Assembly: GCA_021800535.1 (NCBI GenBank)
Contig: JAJYYV010000005.1
Span: 3,607-67,606 of the forward strand
DNA length: 64,000 bases
Reading direction: 5' to 3'
DNA from: a bacterium
GTDB lineage: Bacteria > Ratteibacteria > UBA8468 > B48-G9 > DTJG01
In this document: positions 40,865 through 50,372 of the stretch, piece by piece
How positions within the stretch are numbered: position 1 is the stretch's first letter
Layout: each line of letters opens with the position of its first letter
The notes under the pieces: model-generated
What the model was told of the DNA's origin: nothing
Databases searched by the model: none
The model's input: only the letters and a program-made list of their open reading frames with translations
Program-made: the position numbers and the translations under genes

Positions 40865-41749
40865 TTGGAAGAAATTATTTTTAAAAAAGCAGAAATTCTT
40901 GTTGAAGCACTTCCTTATATTCAAAAATATAAAGGGAAATTATTTGTAATAAAAATGGGCGGCAGTATTTTCAGAAATCAGGATGTAAAAAAAAGTATTT
41001 TAATGGATGTTGCTTTTCTTAATGCTGTAGGAATAAATGTTTTGCTTGTATGTGGAGGAGGACCTTTTATTACGGAAGAAATTGAAAAAACAGGTAAAAA
41101 AGTTGAATTTATAGAGGGTTTGCGGGTAACCAATAAAGAAGAATTAGAAATTGTCGTAAAGGTTCTTGGAAATGTAAAAAATGAAATAAAAGATATTCTT
41201 GAAACGCAATTTAACACTTGTTGTACAGGTTTTAATCCTGAAGATAGGATTGTTTTAGCAAAAAAAATCCATTGGCAAAAAGGAGATGAAGTAATAGACC
41301 TTGGTTATGTAGGACAAATTACAGGGGTAGATATTCCCAAAATAGAAAGCCAGATTACCAGAGGGGTGGTTATTATTGCTCCTATTGGTATTTCAGAAGA
41401 AGGCCAGTTGTATAATATAAATGGTGATTCTGTTTCTGCTTATATAAGCCAGATAATGAAAGCAGAGAAACTTATTTTTCTTACAAGTGTGCCGGGAATT
41501 ATGAGGAACATATCAAACCCGGATGCTCTTATTTCTATTCTTACTGTGGAACAGGCAGAAGGTCTTATAAAAGATAATATTATTCAACATGGAATGATAC
41601 CTAAGACAAAAGCCTGTATTTCTTCTCTAAAAGAAGGAGTAAAAAAAACACATATTATCAGTGGAACTATATCTCATGCCTTGCTTTTTGAAATTTTTAC
41701 ACAACAGGGTATAGGAACAGAAATTATTTTATCTGAACAAAATGAATGA
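40865..41749 (+). CDS. argB: Acetylglutamate kinase
   Basis: EALPYI, IKMGG, GLRVT, YNINGD, GMIPK. Confidence 0.95.
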   Translation: MEEIIFKKAEILVEALPYIQKYKGKLFVIKMGGSIFRNQDVKKSILMDVAFLNAVGINVLLVCGGGPFITEEIEKTGKKVEFIEGLRVTNKEELEIVVKVLGNVKNEIKDILETQFNTCCTGFNPEDRIVLAKKIHWQKGDEVIDLGYVGQITGVDIPKIESQITRGVVIIAPIGISEEGQLYNINGDSVSAYISQIMKAEKLIFLTSVPGIMRNISNPDALISILTVEQAEGLIKDNIIQHGMIPKTKACISSLKEGVKKTHIISGTISHALLFEIFTQQGIGTEIILSEQNE

Positions 41750-42947
41750 ACAGGAAATAAAACAGATTTATCAAGAGTTTATAATAGGTTCCTATAAAAG
41801 GGATGATATTGTTTTTGTAAAAGGGAAGGGTTCATATTTATGGGATATCAATGGTAAGAAATATATTGATTTTTTCCCTGGATGGGCAGTTTCAGGACTT
41901 GGCCATTGCCCACAACTTGTTGTTAAATCAATTTGTAAACAGGCAAAAACATTAATGCATTTATCTAATAATTTTTATCATCCATGGCAGGCCCAGGCAG
42001 CAAAAAAAATCATAGATATTTCCTTTAATGGAAAAGTGTTTTTCTGTAATAGTGGTGCAGAAGCCAATGAAGCAGCAATAAAGCTTTGCAGAATCTATGG
42101 AATGAAAAAAGGTAAATATAAATTTATATCTTTAAAAGATTCTTTTCATGGTAGAAGTTTGGCTACTGTCACCTTAACCGGACAGGAAAAATATTCTCTT
42201 CCTTTCAAACCTCTTCCTGAAGGATTTTCTTATGTTCCCATCAATGATTTTTCTGCATTAAACAGTTTGGTTGATGATAAAACATCAGCTATTTTTATTG
42301 AGATTATACAGGGAGAAGGAGGAATAAATGTTGTAGAAAAAGAGTATTTGCAACAAATCAGAAATCTATGTGATGAAAAAGATATTCTCCTTGTTTTTGA
42401 TGAGGTTCAGACTGGTTTTGGCAGAACCGGGAAATTTTTTGCCTATCAAAACTATGAAATTGAACCTGATATAATGACTTTAGCCAAAACACTGGGAGGA
42501 GGGTTTCCTGTTGGAGCAATGATTGCAAGGAATGAAATAGCAGATTTATTTGTTCCGGGAACACATGCTTCAACTTTTGGAGGAAATCCGCTGGCCAGTT
42601 CTTCAATAATTTCTGTTATTGAAACAATTATTAATGAAAAATTACTAAAAAATGTAAATATTCTTTCTCCTTTTTTTAAAGAATTTCTGGAAAATTTAAA
42701 AGAAAAATTTCCTGTAATAAAGGAAATAAGAGGTATAGGTTTTATGCAGGGAATGGAATTGAAAACACCGGGTGAGGAATTAGTTGAAATTTGTAGACAA
42801 AAAGGTCTTCTTATAAATTGTACACATAGTAATGTTATAAGAATAATGCCTGCAATTAATATAAAAAAACCTCTTCTAAAAAAAGGATTAAAAATCCTTG
42901 AAAACTCATTAAAAGAATTTTCTTGTTTCCCTGAGGTTGTTAAATGA
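41742..42947 (+). CDS. argD: Acetylornithine aminotransferase
   Basis: CNSGAEANE, FHGR, IQGEGG, DEVQTGFGRTG, AKTLGGG; lies between argB and argF. Confidence 0.93.
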   Translation: MNEQEIKQIYQEFIIGSYKRDDIVFVKGKGSYLWDINGKKYIDFFPGWAVSGLGHCPQLVVKSICKQAKTLMHLSNNFYHPWQAQAAKKIIDISFNGKVFFCNSGAEANEAAIKLCRIYGMKKGKYKFISLKDSFHGRSLATVTLTGQEKYSLPFKPLPEGFSYVPINDFSALNSLVDDKTSAIFIEIIQGEGGINVVEKEYLQQIRNLCDEKDILLVFDEVQTGFGRTGKFFAYQNYEIEPDIMTLAKTLGGGFPVGAMIARNEIADLFVPGTHASTFGGNPLASSSIISVIETIINEKLLKNVNILSPFFKEFLENLKEKFPVIKEIRGIGFMQGMELKTPGEELVEICRQKGLLINCTHSNVIRIMPAINIKKPLLKKGLKILENSLKEFSCFPEVVK

Positions 42948-43852
42948 AAAGAGATTTTTTAAATATAACAGATCTAAAAAAAGAGGAAATTTTTTATACT
43001 TTTGAAAAAGCAAAAGAATATAAAGAAAAAAGAAAAAATAAAATTCCTTTGGAAAAAATTATGCAGGGTAAATCCTTTGGCCTTTTATTTGAAAAACCAT
43101 CTTCTAGAACAAGACTTTCTTTTGAAGTTGGCATATATCAATTAGGCGGATTTCCTCTTTTTATGTCTTCAGAAAACCTTCAGCTTATCCGCGGAGAAAA
43201 TATAATTGATACTGCTAAAATCTTCAATCTTTATTTGGATGGGCTTATCATAAGAACCTTTCAGCAAAAAGAAGTGGAAATAATATCAAAGTATGTGGAT
43301 TTTCCTGTTATAAATGCTCTTACAGACCAATTTCATCCATGCCAGGTTATGGCTGATTTTTTTACTCTTTGGGAAATATATAAAAACTTTAAAAATATTA
43401 CCTTGTTGTATATAGGAGATGGAAATAATATTTGTAATACACTTATTCTTGGAGCTGATATACTTGGAATAAAAATGAATATTTGTACACCTGAAAAGTA
43501 TAAAGTAAAAAAAGAAATCTGGGACATGGTAAAAAATAAAAACTTATTTAACGAGACAATAGAACCAAAAAAATTTATTAAAGAATCAAATATTATATAT
43601 ACAGATAGCTGGATAAGTATGGGACAGGAAAAAGAAAAAAATAAAAGGAAAAAAGTTTTTTTACCATATCAGGTAAACAAACAGCTTGTTAAAAATGCCC
43701 CAAAAAAATTTTTGTTTATGCACTGCCTTCCAGCCCATAGAAATTGGGAAGTAACAGATGATATTTTGGATGGACCGAATTCTATTATTCTTAAACAGGC
43801 AGAAAATCGTCTTTTTGTGCAACAGGCATTACTATATTTTCTATACAAATAG
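42944..43852 (+). CDS. argF: Ornithine carbamoyltransferase
   Basis: FEKPSSRTRLSF, HPCQ, GDGNN, WISMG, MHCLP, QAENR. Confidence 0.95.
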   Translation: MKRDFLNITDLKKEEIFYTFEKAKEYKEKRKNKIPLEKIMQGKSFGLLFEKPSSRTRLSFEVGIYQLGGFPLFMSSENLQLIRGENIIDTAKIFNLYLDGLIIRTFQQKEVEIISKYVDFPVINALTDQFHPCQVMADFFTLWEIYKNFKNITLLYIGDGNNICNTLILGADILGIKMNICTPEKYKVKKEIWDMVKNKNLFNETIEPKKFIKESNIIYTDSWISMGQEKEKNKRKKVFLPYQVNKQLVKNAPKKFLFMHCLPAHRNWEVTDDILDGPNSIILKQAENRLFVQQALLYFLYK

Positions 43853-43867
43853 CGGGATATAAATATT

Positions 43868-44947
43868 TTAGATGATTTTTTTCAATTTAAGATATTCCAG
43901 TATAGAACTACCTAAAGCATGGGCAATTGCTTCCCTTACCTGTGGATTTCTTAAATTCGCTTCTATATTTGGATTACAAATAAAACCTACCTCTGTAAGA
44001 ATAGAAACACAGGGTGTGTATCTAAGAACATAAAACTCTGCATGCTTTACCCCTAAATCCGGAGTATTTAATCTGTCTTCCATTTCTTTTTGTACAATCT
44101 GGGATAAAAGTATACTATTTTTTATAACAGAAGAACTATTAAGTATTTTATTAAGGGTTTTATTATCTCCAGGAATAAAGGTTGGGTCTTGTTTATACCT
44201 TGGATAAAATGTTTCAAACCCATTTATATACCATCTATCAATTATAGAAGAATTCGTATGAATGCAAAAAAACATATTAGCATGGACATCTATTGCATCT
44301 TCCACTCTTTGTTCCAGTGAAACTGATTCATCCTTATCTCTTGTCATATATAGTTTTACATTTGGATAATTTTTTAATTTTTTAATAAGAAAATTTCTCA
44401 TTCTTAATGCAATATCAAGATTAACATTTTTTTCTTCAAGTCCGGTAGGCCCTATTGCCCCGGTATCAATACCGCCATGACCCGGGTCTATAAGAATAAC
44501 ATAAGGAGTAGTATTGCCGGATATAGAAATATTTGTTGGCGAAGTGGAATTTACAGAAATTGGGTTTTCAGAAGGAGCAGGAGAGGATTTATGATTTTCT
44601 TTGATAGAAGATAATACTTTGTCAATGGATTTTAAAGGAAAAAGAATTTTTCCTGATACTTCTTCTATGGGATAGGTAAGGTTATATGTTTGTCCTCCGG
44701 CAATAAGTGTGGAAGAGCCTGTGGCTGTTTTAATAAATACACCATGATACTGAAAATATATTCTATTTTCTATTTTGGCAAAATTCTGTATATAGAGTAT
44801 GGAAGAAATGGTTTTAAAACTGATATATTTATGATTATTTACAATATATATATGATGATTAACAAGCTGTTGTGATGATAAGACAGAAGAAAAACAAATA
44901 TAAATTGGAAATACAATTAATAAAAATAAAAATTTTTTAAATTTCAA
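43868..44947 (-). CDS. N-acetylmuramoyl-L-alanine amidase (Amidase_3)
   Basis: Signal peptide, IDPGHGG, EKNVNL, IHTN, LTEVGF. Confidence 0.92.
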   Translation of the reverse strand: MKFKKFLFLLIVFPIYICFSSVLSSQQLVNHHIYIVNNHKYISFKTISSILYIQNFAKIENRIYFQYHGVFIKTATGSSTLIAGGQTYNLTYPIEEVSGKILFPLKSIDKVLSSIKENHKSSPAPSENPISVNSTSPTNISISGNTTPYVILIDPGHGGIDTGAIGPTGLEEKNVNLDIALRMRNFLIKKLKNYPNVKLYMTRDKDESVSLEQRVEDAIDVHANMFFCIHTNSSIIDRWYINGFETFYPRYKQDPTFIPGDNKTLNKILNSSSVIKNSILLSQIVQKEMEDRLNTPDLGVKHAEFYVLRYTPCVSILTEVGFICNPNIEANLRNPQVREAIAHALGSSILEYLKLKKII

Positions 44948-44978
44948 AAGATATACCTCCTTTTTTTATTTTTGAATT

Positions 44979-45506
44979 TTATGGAAGTATTTTTTTCATA
45001 TTATTTCTTCCTAATGGTTTATCAACATCTGTTAGACCTTCTCCACTAAAACTTTTTATTTCTTTTCCATTTATTAAAAAACGAACTTTTTTAATCTGAG
45101 GGAATTGTGTTGTAGTAAAAACTATTTGTGAAAGTCTTCCTTCCATGTTTTCTATTCCGCCTCCAGATTCTATTTTTTTATTAAAATCAAGATAAGCAAT
45201 ATTATTTTTTATTTCTATATTATTTAGTAGAGTTCCTGAAGGAATAAAAGAAAAATAGTTTAACTTTTTTTCTTTTTTATCTGGTCCTTTTAACAATTCT
45301 TCTATAGCATATTGAATTTTTTCATTGGTAGTTAATAAATATTTATTGCTTTTTTTTTGTATGGAAATCAAAACAGCATGATGTCCTTTTGTTTTAAAAA
45401 AATACAATTTAATCTTAGGATATAAAAACCCGCTTTGCAGTGCAAATAAAATAATAATAAGTATAATTAAAATAATAGATAGTACATATAATATAAATTT
45501 TTTCAT
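44979..45506 (-). CDS. GerMN-domain protein
   Basis: N-terminal TM, ELLKGP, IPSGT, AYLDF, QIVFTTTQF..IKKVRFLING. Confidence 0.85.
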   Translation of the reverse strand: MKKFILYVLSIILIILIIILFALQSGFLYPKIKLYFFKTKGHHAVLISIQKKSNKYLLTTNEKIQYAIEELLKGPDKKEKKLNYFSFIPSGTLLNNIEIKNNIAYLDFNKKIESGGGIENMEGRLSQIVFTTTQFPQIKKVRFLINGKEIKSFSGEGLTDVDKPLGRNNMKKILP

Positions 45507-45513
45507 CTTTTAA

Positions 45514-45884
45514 CCTTTTTCCTCATACTCCTATTTGTCCGCGTGGGCATTCCTTAGATGTGGAGGCGGCGGGTACTGCCCCCTCATCCGTCGCATTCGT
45601 TTCGCTCGCTCCTTAAAGGGGGAACAGGTTCCCCCTTAATATTCCCCCTAAAGCATGAGGAAACCCTTTTTCCTCATACTCCTATTTGTCCGCGTGGGCA
45701 TTCCTTAGATGTGGAGGCGGCGGGTACTGCCCCCTCATCCGTCGCATTCGCTTTGCTCGCTCCTTAAAGGGGAACAGGTTCCCCCTTAATATTCCCCCTA
45801 AAGCATGAGGAAAACCTTTTTCCTCATACTCCTATTTGTCCGCGTGGACATTCCTTAGATGTGGAGGCGGCGGGTACTGCCCCC
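45514..45884 (-). repeat. Tandem ~150-bp repeats (about 2.5 copies), each containing the tmRNA 3' end
   Basis: Copies start at 45514, 45665 and 45815 (periods 151 and 150); tmRNA 3' 23-mer at 45561-45583, 45712-45734 and 45862-45884; few substitutions between copies. Confidence 0.95.
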
Positions 45885-46209
45885 GCGTCCAGAAGAGAAC
45901 AGGAAAGATATCTACCTATGTATCTCCGGTTTTTTTATCTTTTTCCAGTCTCCCCGAAGCAGGATTTATGGAAAAGATGTTTCTGTTATACTTTCTTCTG
46001 ATATCCAGAAACAAAAGTTTCTCAGAATAAGCCCTTTAGCGACTCGTTTTCAAATTCCAAGGGCGGGAATTTGAACGAGTGGCTGTTTAGTTAAGCAGCC
46101 ATAAAATTTGCCGTTGTGGCAGTTATGTTTTACCGGTTTTTAAAGGGCCCGGCACCTTTACAGGCAATCTTTTCCTTTTTTCTCTAATGTCGAAGCCTAT
46201 TTCGCCCCC
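45862..46209 (-). ncRNA. ssrA: tmRNA (one-piece), tag (A)ATTANFMAA
   Basis: 5' GGGGGCGAAATAGGCTTCGAC, 3' GCGGG-GGCAGTA-CCCGC-CGCCTCC-A, G3:U70 pair; ATAACT-GCC resume codon, tag ORF 46120-46091; adjacent to smpB. Confidence 0.95.
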
Positions 46210-46655
46210 CTACCTTTCATCTTTCTTTCTATTTGTCTTTTTACCTCTTTTTCTTTTATGACCTGTCTTTTATCAAAAAATTTCTTACCTTTTACAAGAG
46301 CAATTTCTATTTTTATGATACCATTTTTATTAAAATACACCAAAAGTGGGACTATTGTCAATCCTTTTTCCTGGACTTTTCTTTCAAGTCTTATAATTTG
46401 TCCTTTATGTAAAAGGAGTTTTTTTTTTCTTCTTGGGTTAATTTTTTCAAAAGCAGATTGATAAGGCGCTATATAAAAATTATAAACAAAAGCCTCTTTT
46501 TTTTCTATTTTTACAAAAGAGTCTCTAAGATTTGCAGAGCCCTGTCTGATAGACTTGACTTCAGGACCATAAAGAGAAAGTCCTGCTTCTAATTTTTCTA
46601 TAATTTCATATTCATGATATGCTTTTCTATTTTCTATTTTGGGAGATTTTTCCAT
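46197..46655 (-). CDS. smpB: SsrA-binding protein
   Basis: NRKAYHEY, EAGL.L.G.EVKS, KKLLLHK, GKK..DKR tail. Confidence 0.98.
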   Translation of the reverse strand: MEKSPKIENRKAYHEYEIIEKLEAGLSLYGPEVKSIRQGSANLRDSFVKIEKKEAFVYNFYIAPYQSAFEKINPRRKKKLLLHKGQIIRLERKVQEKGLTIVPLLVYFNKNGIIKIEIALVKGKKFFDKRQVIKEKEVKRQIERKMKGRGAK

Positions 46656-46658
46656 AGG

Positions 46659-47840
46659 TTAATTTTTTATTGGTAGAGAAAAGAAAAATATGGCTCCGGA
46701 TTCTTTATTATCTCTAACCCAGATTTTTCCCTTAAATAATTCTACAGCCATTTTACAGAAGGTTAAACCTAATCCTGTTCCATGTATAATACCTGCTTTT
46801 GAAAATTCAGCCTGGGCAAATTTTTCAAAAATTCTTTTTTTATCTTTTTTATGAATTCCAGGTCCTTTGTCGGAAATAGAAAAAATAATTTCATTTTTTA
46901 ATTTTGTCAAACCTATATTTACTTCAGAATCTTTAGGGGAATATTTTATTGCATTATCTAAAAGATTGTGTATAACCCTTTTTATCAAATTTCTATCAAT
47001 ATATATTGTCGGTAGATTATCTTTTTGTATAAAAATCTTTATATTTTTTTGTTCAATAACAGGTTTATGTTCTTCAACAATTTCTTCTAATATATCTTCA
47101 ATTTTGTTCTGGGTTAGATATGGCTTGAATTCTTTATGCTCTATTCTGCTGATATCAAGAAGATTGTTTATCATATTCCATAATTCATTTCCTAATTTAT
47201 TTATGATTTCAATATATTTTATATTATCCATTTTATTTTTTTCCTTAAAATCTTTTAAAATAGATGAAGAGGCAATCATAATAGCAGAAACAGGATTTTT
47301 CATATCATGGATTATCATATGAGTTAAGTCTTCCCTGGTTTTTTCTAATTTGTCTATATTACTTTTATACTTATAAAAATAAGCAATAGTTAAACAGGCA
47401 AGTTCATGGTGAAAGAGCATATCGTTTGAAAATATCATTTTTCCTAATTTTTTTTTGTCTTTGAAGTTTTTCAGCATTATCGGAAAAAGAATTTCTTCAA
47501 GTAGATGTACAAATAAAATAACTTCTTCTATTGGTGTATTATTTTTTGATAAACTGCGACCAATTTTAATCATATCTTTATAATGAGAGTTAATATTTTT
47601 GATTTTTAAAACATTTAAAAATATATCAATCCATTCTGAAAATATTTTATCTCTTTGAATATCTTTCAGGGAGGCTTGTTTTCCAAAAACAGATTTATAT
47701 TTATTAATCCATTTTTTTTTAATTTGTTCTTTATAAGGAGAGATAGTTAACAAAAATTCTTTTAAATATTTTTGATTTATCTTAAGTTTCGGTATAAAAA
47801 ATAGAGAGTTTTTATCTATTAAAATATTTTCTTTTTTCAT
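46659..47840 (-). CDS. Cytoplasmic sensor histidine kinase (helical N-terminal sensor + HisKA + HATPase)
   Basis: IHDMKNP H-box, NLLDNAIKYS, DKGPGI, GTGLGL; no TM segment. Confidence 0.9.
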   Translation of the reverse strand: MKKENILIDKNSLFFIPKLKINQKYLKEFLLTISPYKEQIKKKWINKYKSVFGKQASLKDIQRDKIFSEWIDIFLNVLKIKNINSHYKDMIKIGRSLSKNNTPIEEVILFVHLLEEILFPIMLKNFKDKKKLGKMIFSNDMLFHHELACLTIAYFYKYKSNIDKLEKTREDLTHMIIHDMKNPVSAIMIASSSILKDFKEKNKMDNIKYIEIINKLGNELWNMINNLLDISRIEHKEFKPYLTQNKIEDILEEIVEEHKPVIEQKNIKIFIQKDNLPTIYIDRNLIKRVIHNLLDNAIKYSPKDSEVNIGLTKLKNEIIFSISDKGPGIHKKDKKRIFEKFAQAEFSKAGIIHGTGLGLTFCKMAVELFKGKIWVRDNKESGAIFFFSLPIKN

Positions 47841-47844
47841 CAGA

Positions 47845-48726
47845 CTATGTTAGACTTGCCAGAATTTTTTTTATAATTTCCTGTCTTTCATTTATAATTT
47901 TTGAAATATTTCTTTGTCCGGATACATCATTTTTATTTTTTACAATATTTTCTTCAAAGGTGGCTGTCTCTTTTTTATAGAAAACCCCTAAAGATATGGG
48001 ACTATCTGTATTATAATCCCATTCTTTTATTTTATTCAGAGCAGATTGATAATCATAAATATTATGGTCTTTTAATGTATACACTCTTTTACTATAATAG
48101 TCATACATATTATAGAAACTGACACAAACCTGTAAAGTGTCAACAATGGAAAATCCTTTATGCAAGACAGCCTGTTTAAAAATATCCTTTAATAGGTCTA
48201 TTCCGTGTGTATAACCCCGTGCAATAAATGTTGCTCCTGAAGATAAAAGCAGATGCAAAGGATTAAATGGTATTTCCACTGTTCCTGCTGGTGTTGATTT
48301 TCCTTTAAATCCTAAAGGAGAGGTAGGAGTACATTGTCCAACTGTAAGACCATAAACCCTGTTGTTATGTACTATTACTGTAATATCAATATTTCTTTTG
48401 GCCGCAAAAATTAAATGTTCTAATCCCTCTCCATATGCATCTCCATCTCCGGCAAAAACAATGACTTTTAGCCTGGGATTTGCAATTTTAATGCCTTCTG
48501 CGGCTGGTACTGCTCTTCCATGAAGAGAATAAAAACTATTTACATTTATATAGTCAACAATTTTAGCATGACATCCTATTCCTGAAACAATTACAAAATT
48601 CTCTATTGGTATCTGGCCGCTTAATTCTGAGATAACAGATTTAATAGAATTAAGGATTGAAAAATTTCCGCATCCCGGACACCATGTGTTTTTGGCATAA
48701 GTATCTAAATTTTTTATGTCTATCAT
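47845..48726 (-). CDS. 2-oxoacid:ferredoxin oxidoreductase beta subunit (TPP-binding)
   Basis: WCPGCG, SGIGC, LHGR, GDGD, NNRVYGLT.GQ. Confidence 0.93.
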   Translation of the reverse strand: MIDIKNLDTYAKNTWCPGCGNFSILNSIKSVISELSGQIPIENFVIVSGIGCHAKIVDYINVNSFYSLHGRAVPAAEGIKIANPRLKVIVFAGDGDAYGEGLEHLIFAAKRNIDITVIVHNNRVYGLTVGQCTPTSPLGFKGKSTPAGTVEIPFNPLHLLLSSGATFIARGYTHGIDLLKDIFKQAVLHKGFSIVDTLQVCVSFYNMYDYYSKRVYTLKDHNIYDYQSALNKIKEWDYNTDSPISLGVFYKKETATFEENIVKNKNDVSGQRNISKIINERQEIIKKILASLT

Positions 48727-50372
48727 TGTTTTATTTTGTTTATAAGTTCATCTGCAGTAAATGGTCTGCCATCATATTTTAAAATTTTTCTATCAACAGT
48801 AATACCATAATATTTGACCAGAGATGCCAATTGTCCATCAATATTATTTTCAACACAGATAATTTTTGAAACCCCTTTTAAAGCATCGTTTAATCTATTA
48901 ATTGGAAATGGAGACATTACAATAGGTTGAATAACACGCATTCCAAGTATCTCTCCTGCTTCAATACAAACATCTTTGTTTGAACCCCAGGTCAAAATAG
49001 CCTCATTAGAATTTTTGTTTCCATATATTTTTAATGTTTCATGTTTTTCTACTTCTTCAAATACTAATTTGTTTTTTTTAAATCGTTTTTCCTGCATAGA
49101 TTTTGTTATATAAGGGTCCTCAGTTGTTATGCCATATTCATCATGTTCATAACTATTTATTTTTATAATTGCATTTTTATTTCCTGGGAAGGCGAGGGGA
49201 GACAGACCTGTTTCTGTATTAAGATATCTTTTAAATTGAGATTTTTCTTTTTCCCATAAACCAATATCTTTTTCTTGAAGATTTAAAAGTTCTGGAAGAA
49301 AACTATATGCTCCTTCAGCAAGGGTTTTATCAGAAATTATTATTGAGGGTATCTGATATTTCCAGGCTAAACTAAGGGATAATGCAGACCAGAAATATGC
49401 CTGATTGGCATCTCCGGGAGCAACAACAAATCTGAAAAATCCACCATGACCACATGTAATGGCAAATAAAAGATCTGATTGCCCTGTATATGTTGGAAGT
49501 CCTGTGCTTGGAGCAGTTCTTTGTCCAAGAATAATAACAATTGGTAATTCTGCCATTGAAGAAAAACTTAAACCTTCTACCATTAAACAAAAACCTCCTC
49601 CGGAAGTTCCTATTGCTATTCTTTCACCAGCATAGATACCGCCTAAAGCCATAAGTATAACTCCGATTTCACTTTCCGGCTGCAGGGTTTTAAGTGTTGG
49701 GTCTGTTATACCAGCCTGGGCAAGAAAATGTAAAATGCCTGTTGAAGGAGTCATTGGATAAGCCATATAGGTTGTTAATCCTGCTTTTAAAAGTCCAAGA
49801 CTTATAGCTTCATTTCCTGTAATCAAAGCAGAGGGTTCATTTGAACCAGTATCAATATTTATAAATTGTGATACATAGTCGTAGCCATGTTTTGCAATCT
49901 TAAGATTGAGTTCTGTTTCTTTGGGTATATGTTTTTTTAACACCTTTTCTGCAATGTCCCAGTTAATACCAATGGCTTTGCATAAAGCTCCAATTATACA
50001 TGTATTACCCATTACAGCAATACCGTTTTCTTCTTTTATAATTTTATCAATAGGTATGCCAGTGCCTTTTTCGGATTTGCCAGCATCTGAATTATAAAGA
50101 ATAAAAGTATTATTCTTTAGTTTGTCTTTATGTATATCAATAGTTTGCTGATTGAGTGCCAGTAGAATATCAATAGAATTATAGTGTGAACCTATTTGTT
50201 TTTCACAAGCCCTTATTATTGAGTAGGTATGTCCTCCTCTTATAAGGGAAGGATAATCCCTATAGATATATATTTTATATCCAAGATGGCTTAAAATTCT
50301 TCCAATAAGTGTTCCTGAGGTATCAATTCCTTCGCCTGCTTTACCTCCTATAAGAATGGATATTTCTTTCAT
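48723..50372 (-). CDS. 2-oxoacid:ferredoxin oxidoreductase alpha(+gamma) subunit
   Basis: GGKAGEG, IRGGH, YPMTP, TSGGGF.LM.E, KYDGRPF. Confidence 0.93.
   Translation of the reverse strand: MKEISILIGGKAGEGIDTSGTLIGRILSHLGYKIYIYRDYPSLIRGGHTYSIIRACEKQIGSHYNSIDILLALNQQTIDIHKDKLKNNTFILYNSDAGKSEKGTGIPIDKIIKEENGIAVMGNTCIIGALCKAIGINWDIAEKVLKKHIPKETELNLKIAKHGYDYVSQFINIDTGSNEPSALITGNEAISLGLLKAGLTTYMAYPMTPSTGILHFLAQAGITDPTLKTLQPESEIGVILMALGGIYAGERIAIGTSGGGFCLMVEGLSFSSMAELPIVIILGQRTAPSTGLPTYTGQSDLLFAITCGHGGFFRFVVAPGDANQAYFWSALSLSLAWKYQIPSIIISDKTLAEGAYSFLPELLNLQEKDIGLWEKEKSQFKRYLNTETGLSPLAFPGNKNAIIKINSYEHDEYGITTEDPYITKSMQEKRFKKNKLVFEEVEKHETLKIYGNKNSNEAILTWGSNKDVCIEAGEILGMRVIQPIVMSPFPINRLNDALKGVSKIICVENNIDGQLASLVKYYGITVDRKILKYDGRPFTADELINKIKQ

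Noticed and set aside
45514-45884. CRISPR array interpretation of the repeats after ssrA
   Set aside because: The segments between the conserved blocks are near-identical rather than unique spacers, the period is 150 bp, and no cas genes are present
45981-45987. AACAGAA (second alphaproteobacterial tmRNA signature) on the minus strand
   Set aside because: Here it overlaps the CAGAAACA strand that pairs with TGTTTCTG, so it is in a stem rather than a pseudoknot loop; plausibly chance in AT-rich RNA
45558-46074. Short plus-strand ORFs (MWRRRVLPP...)
   Set aside because: Antisense to the tmRNA and its repeats; a by-product of GC-rich RNA sequence
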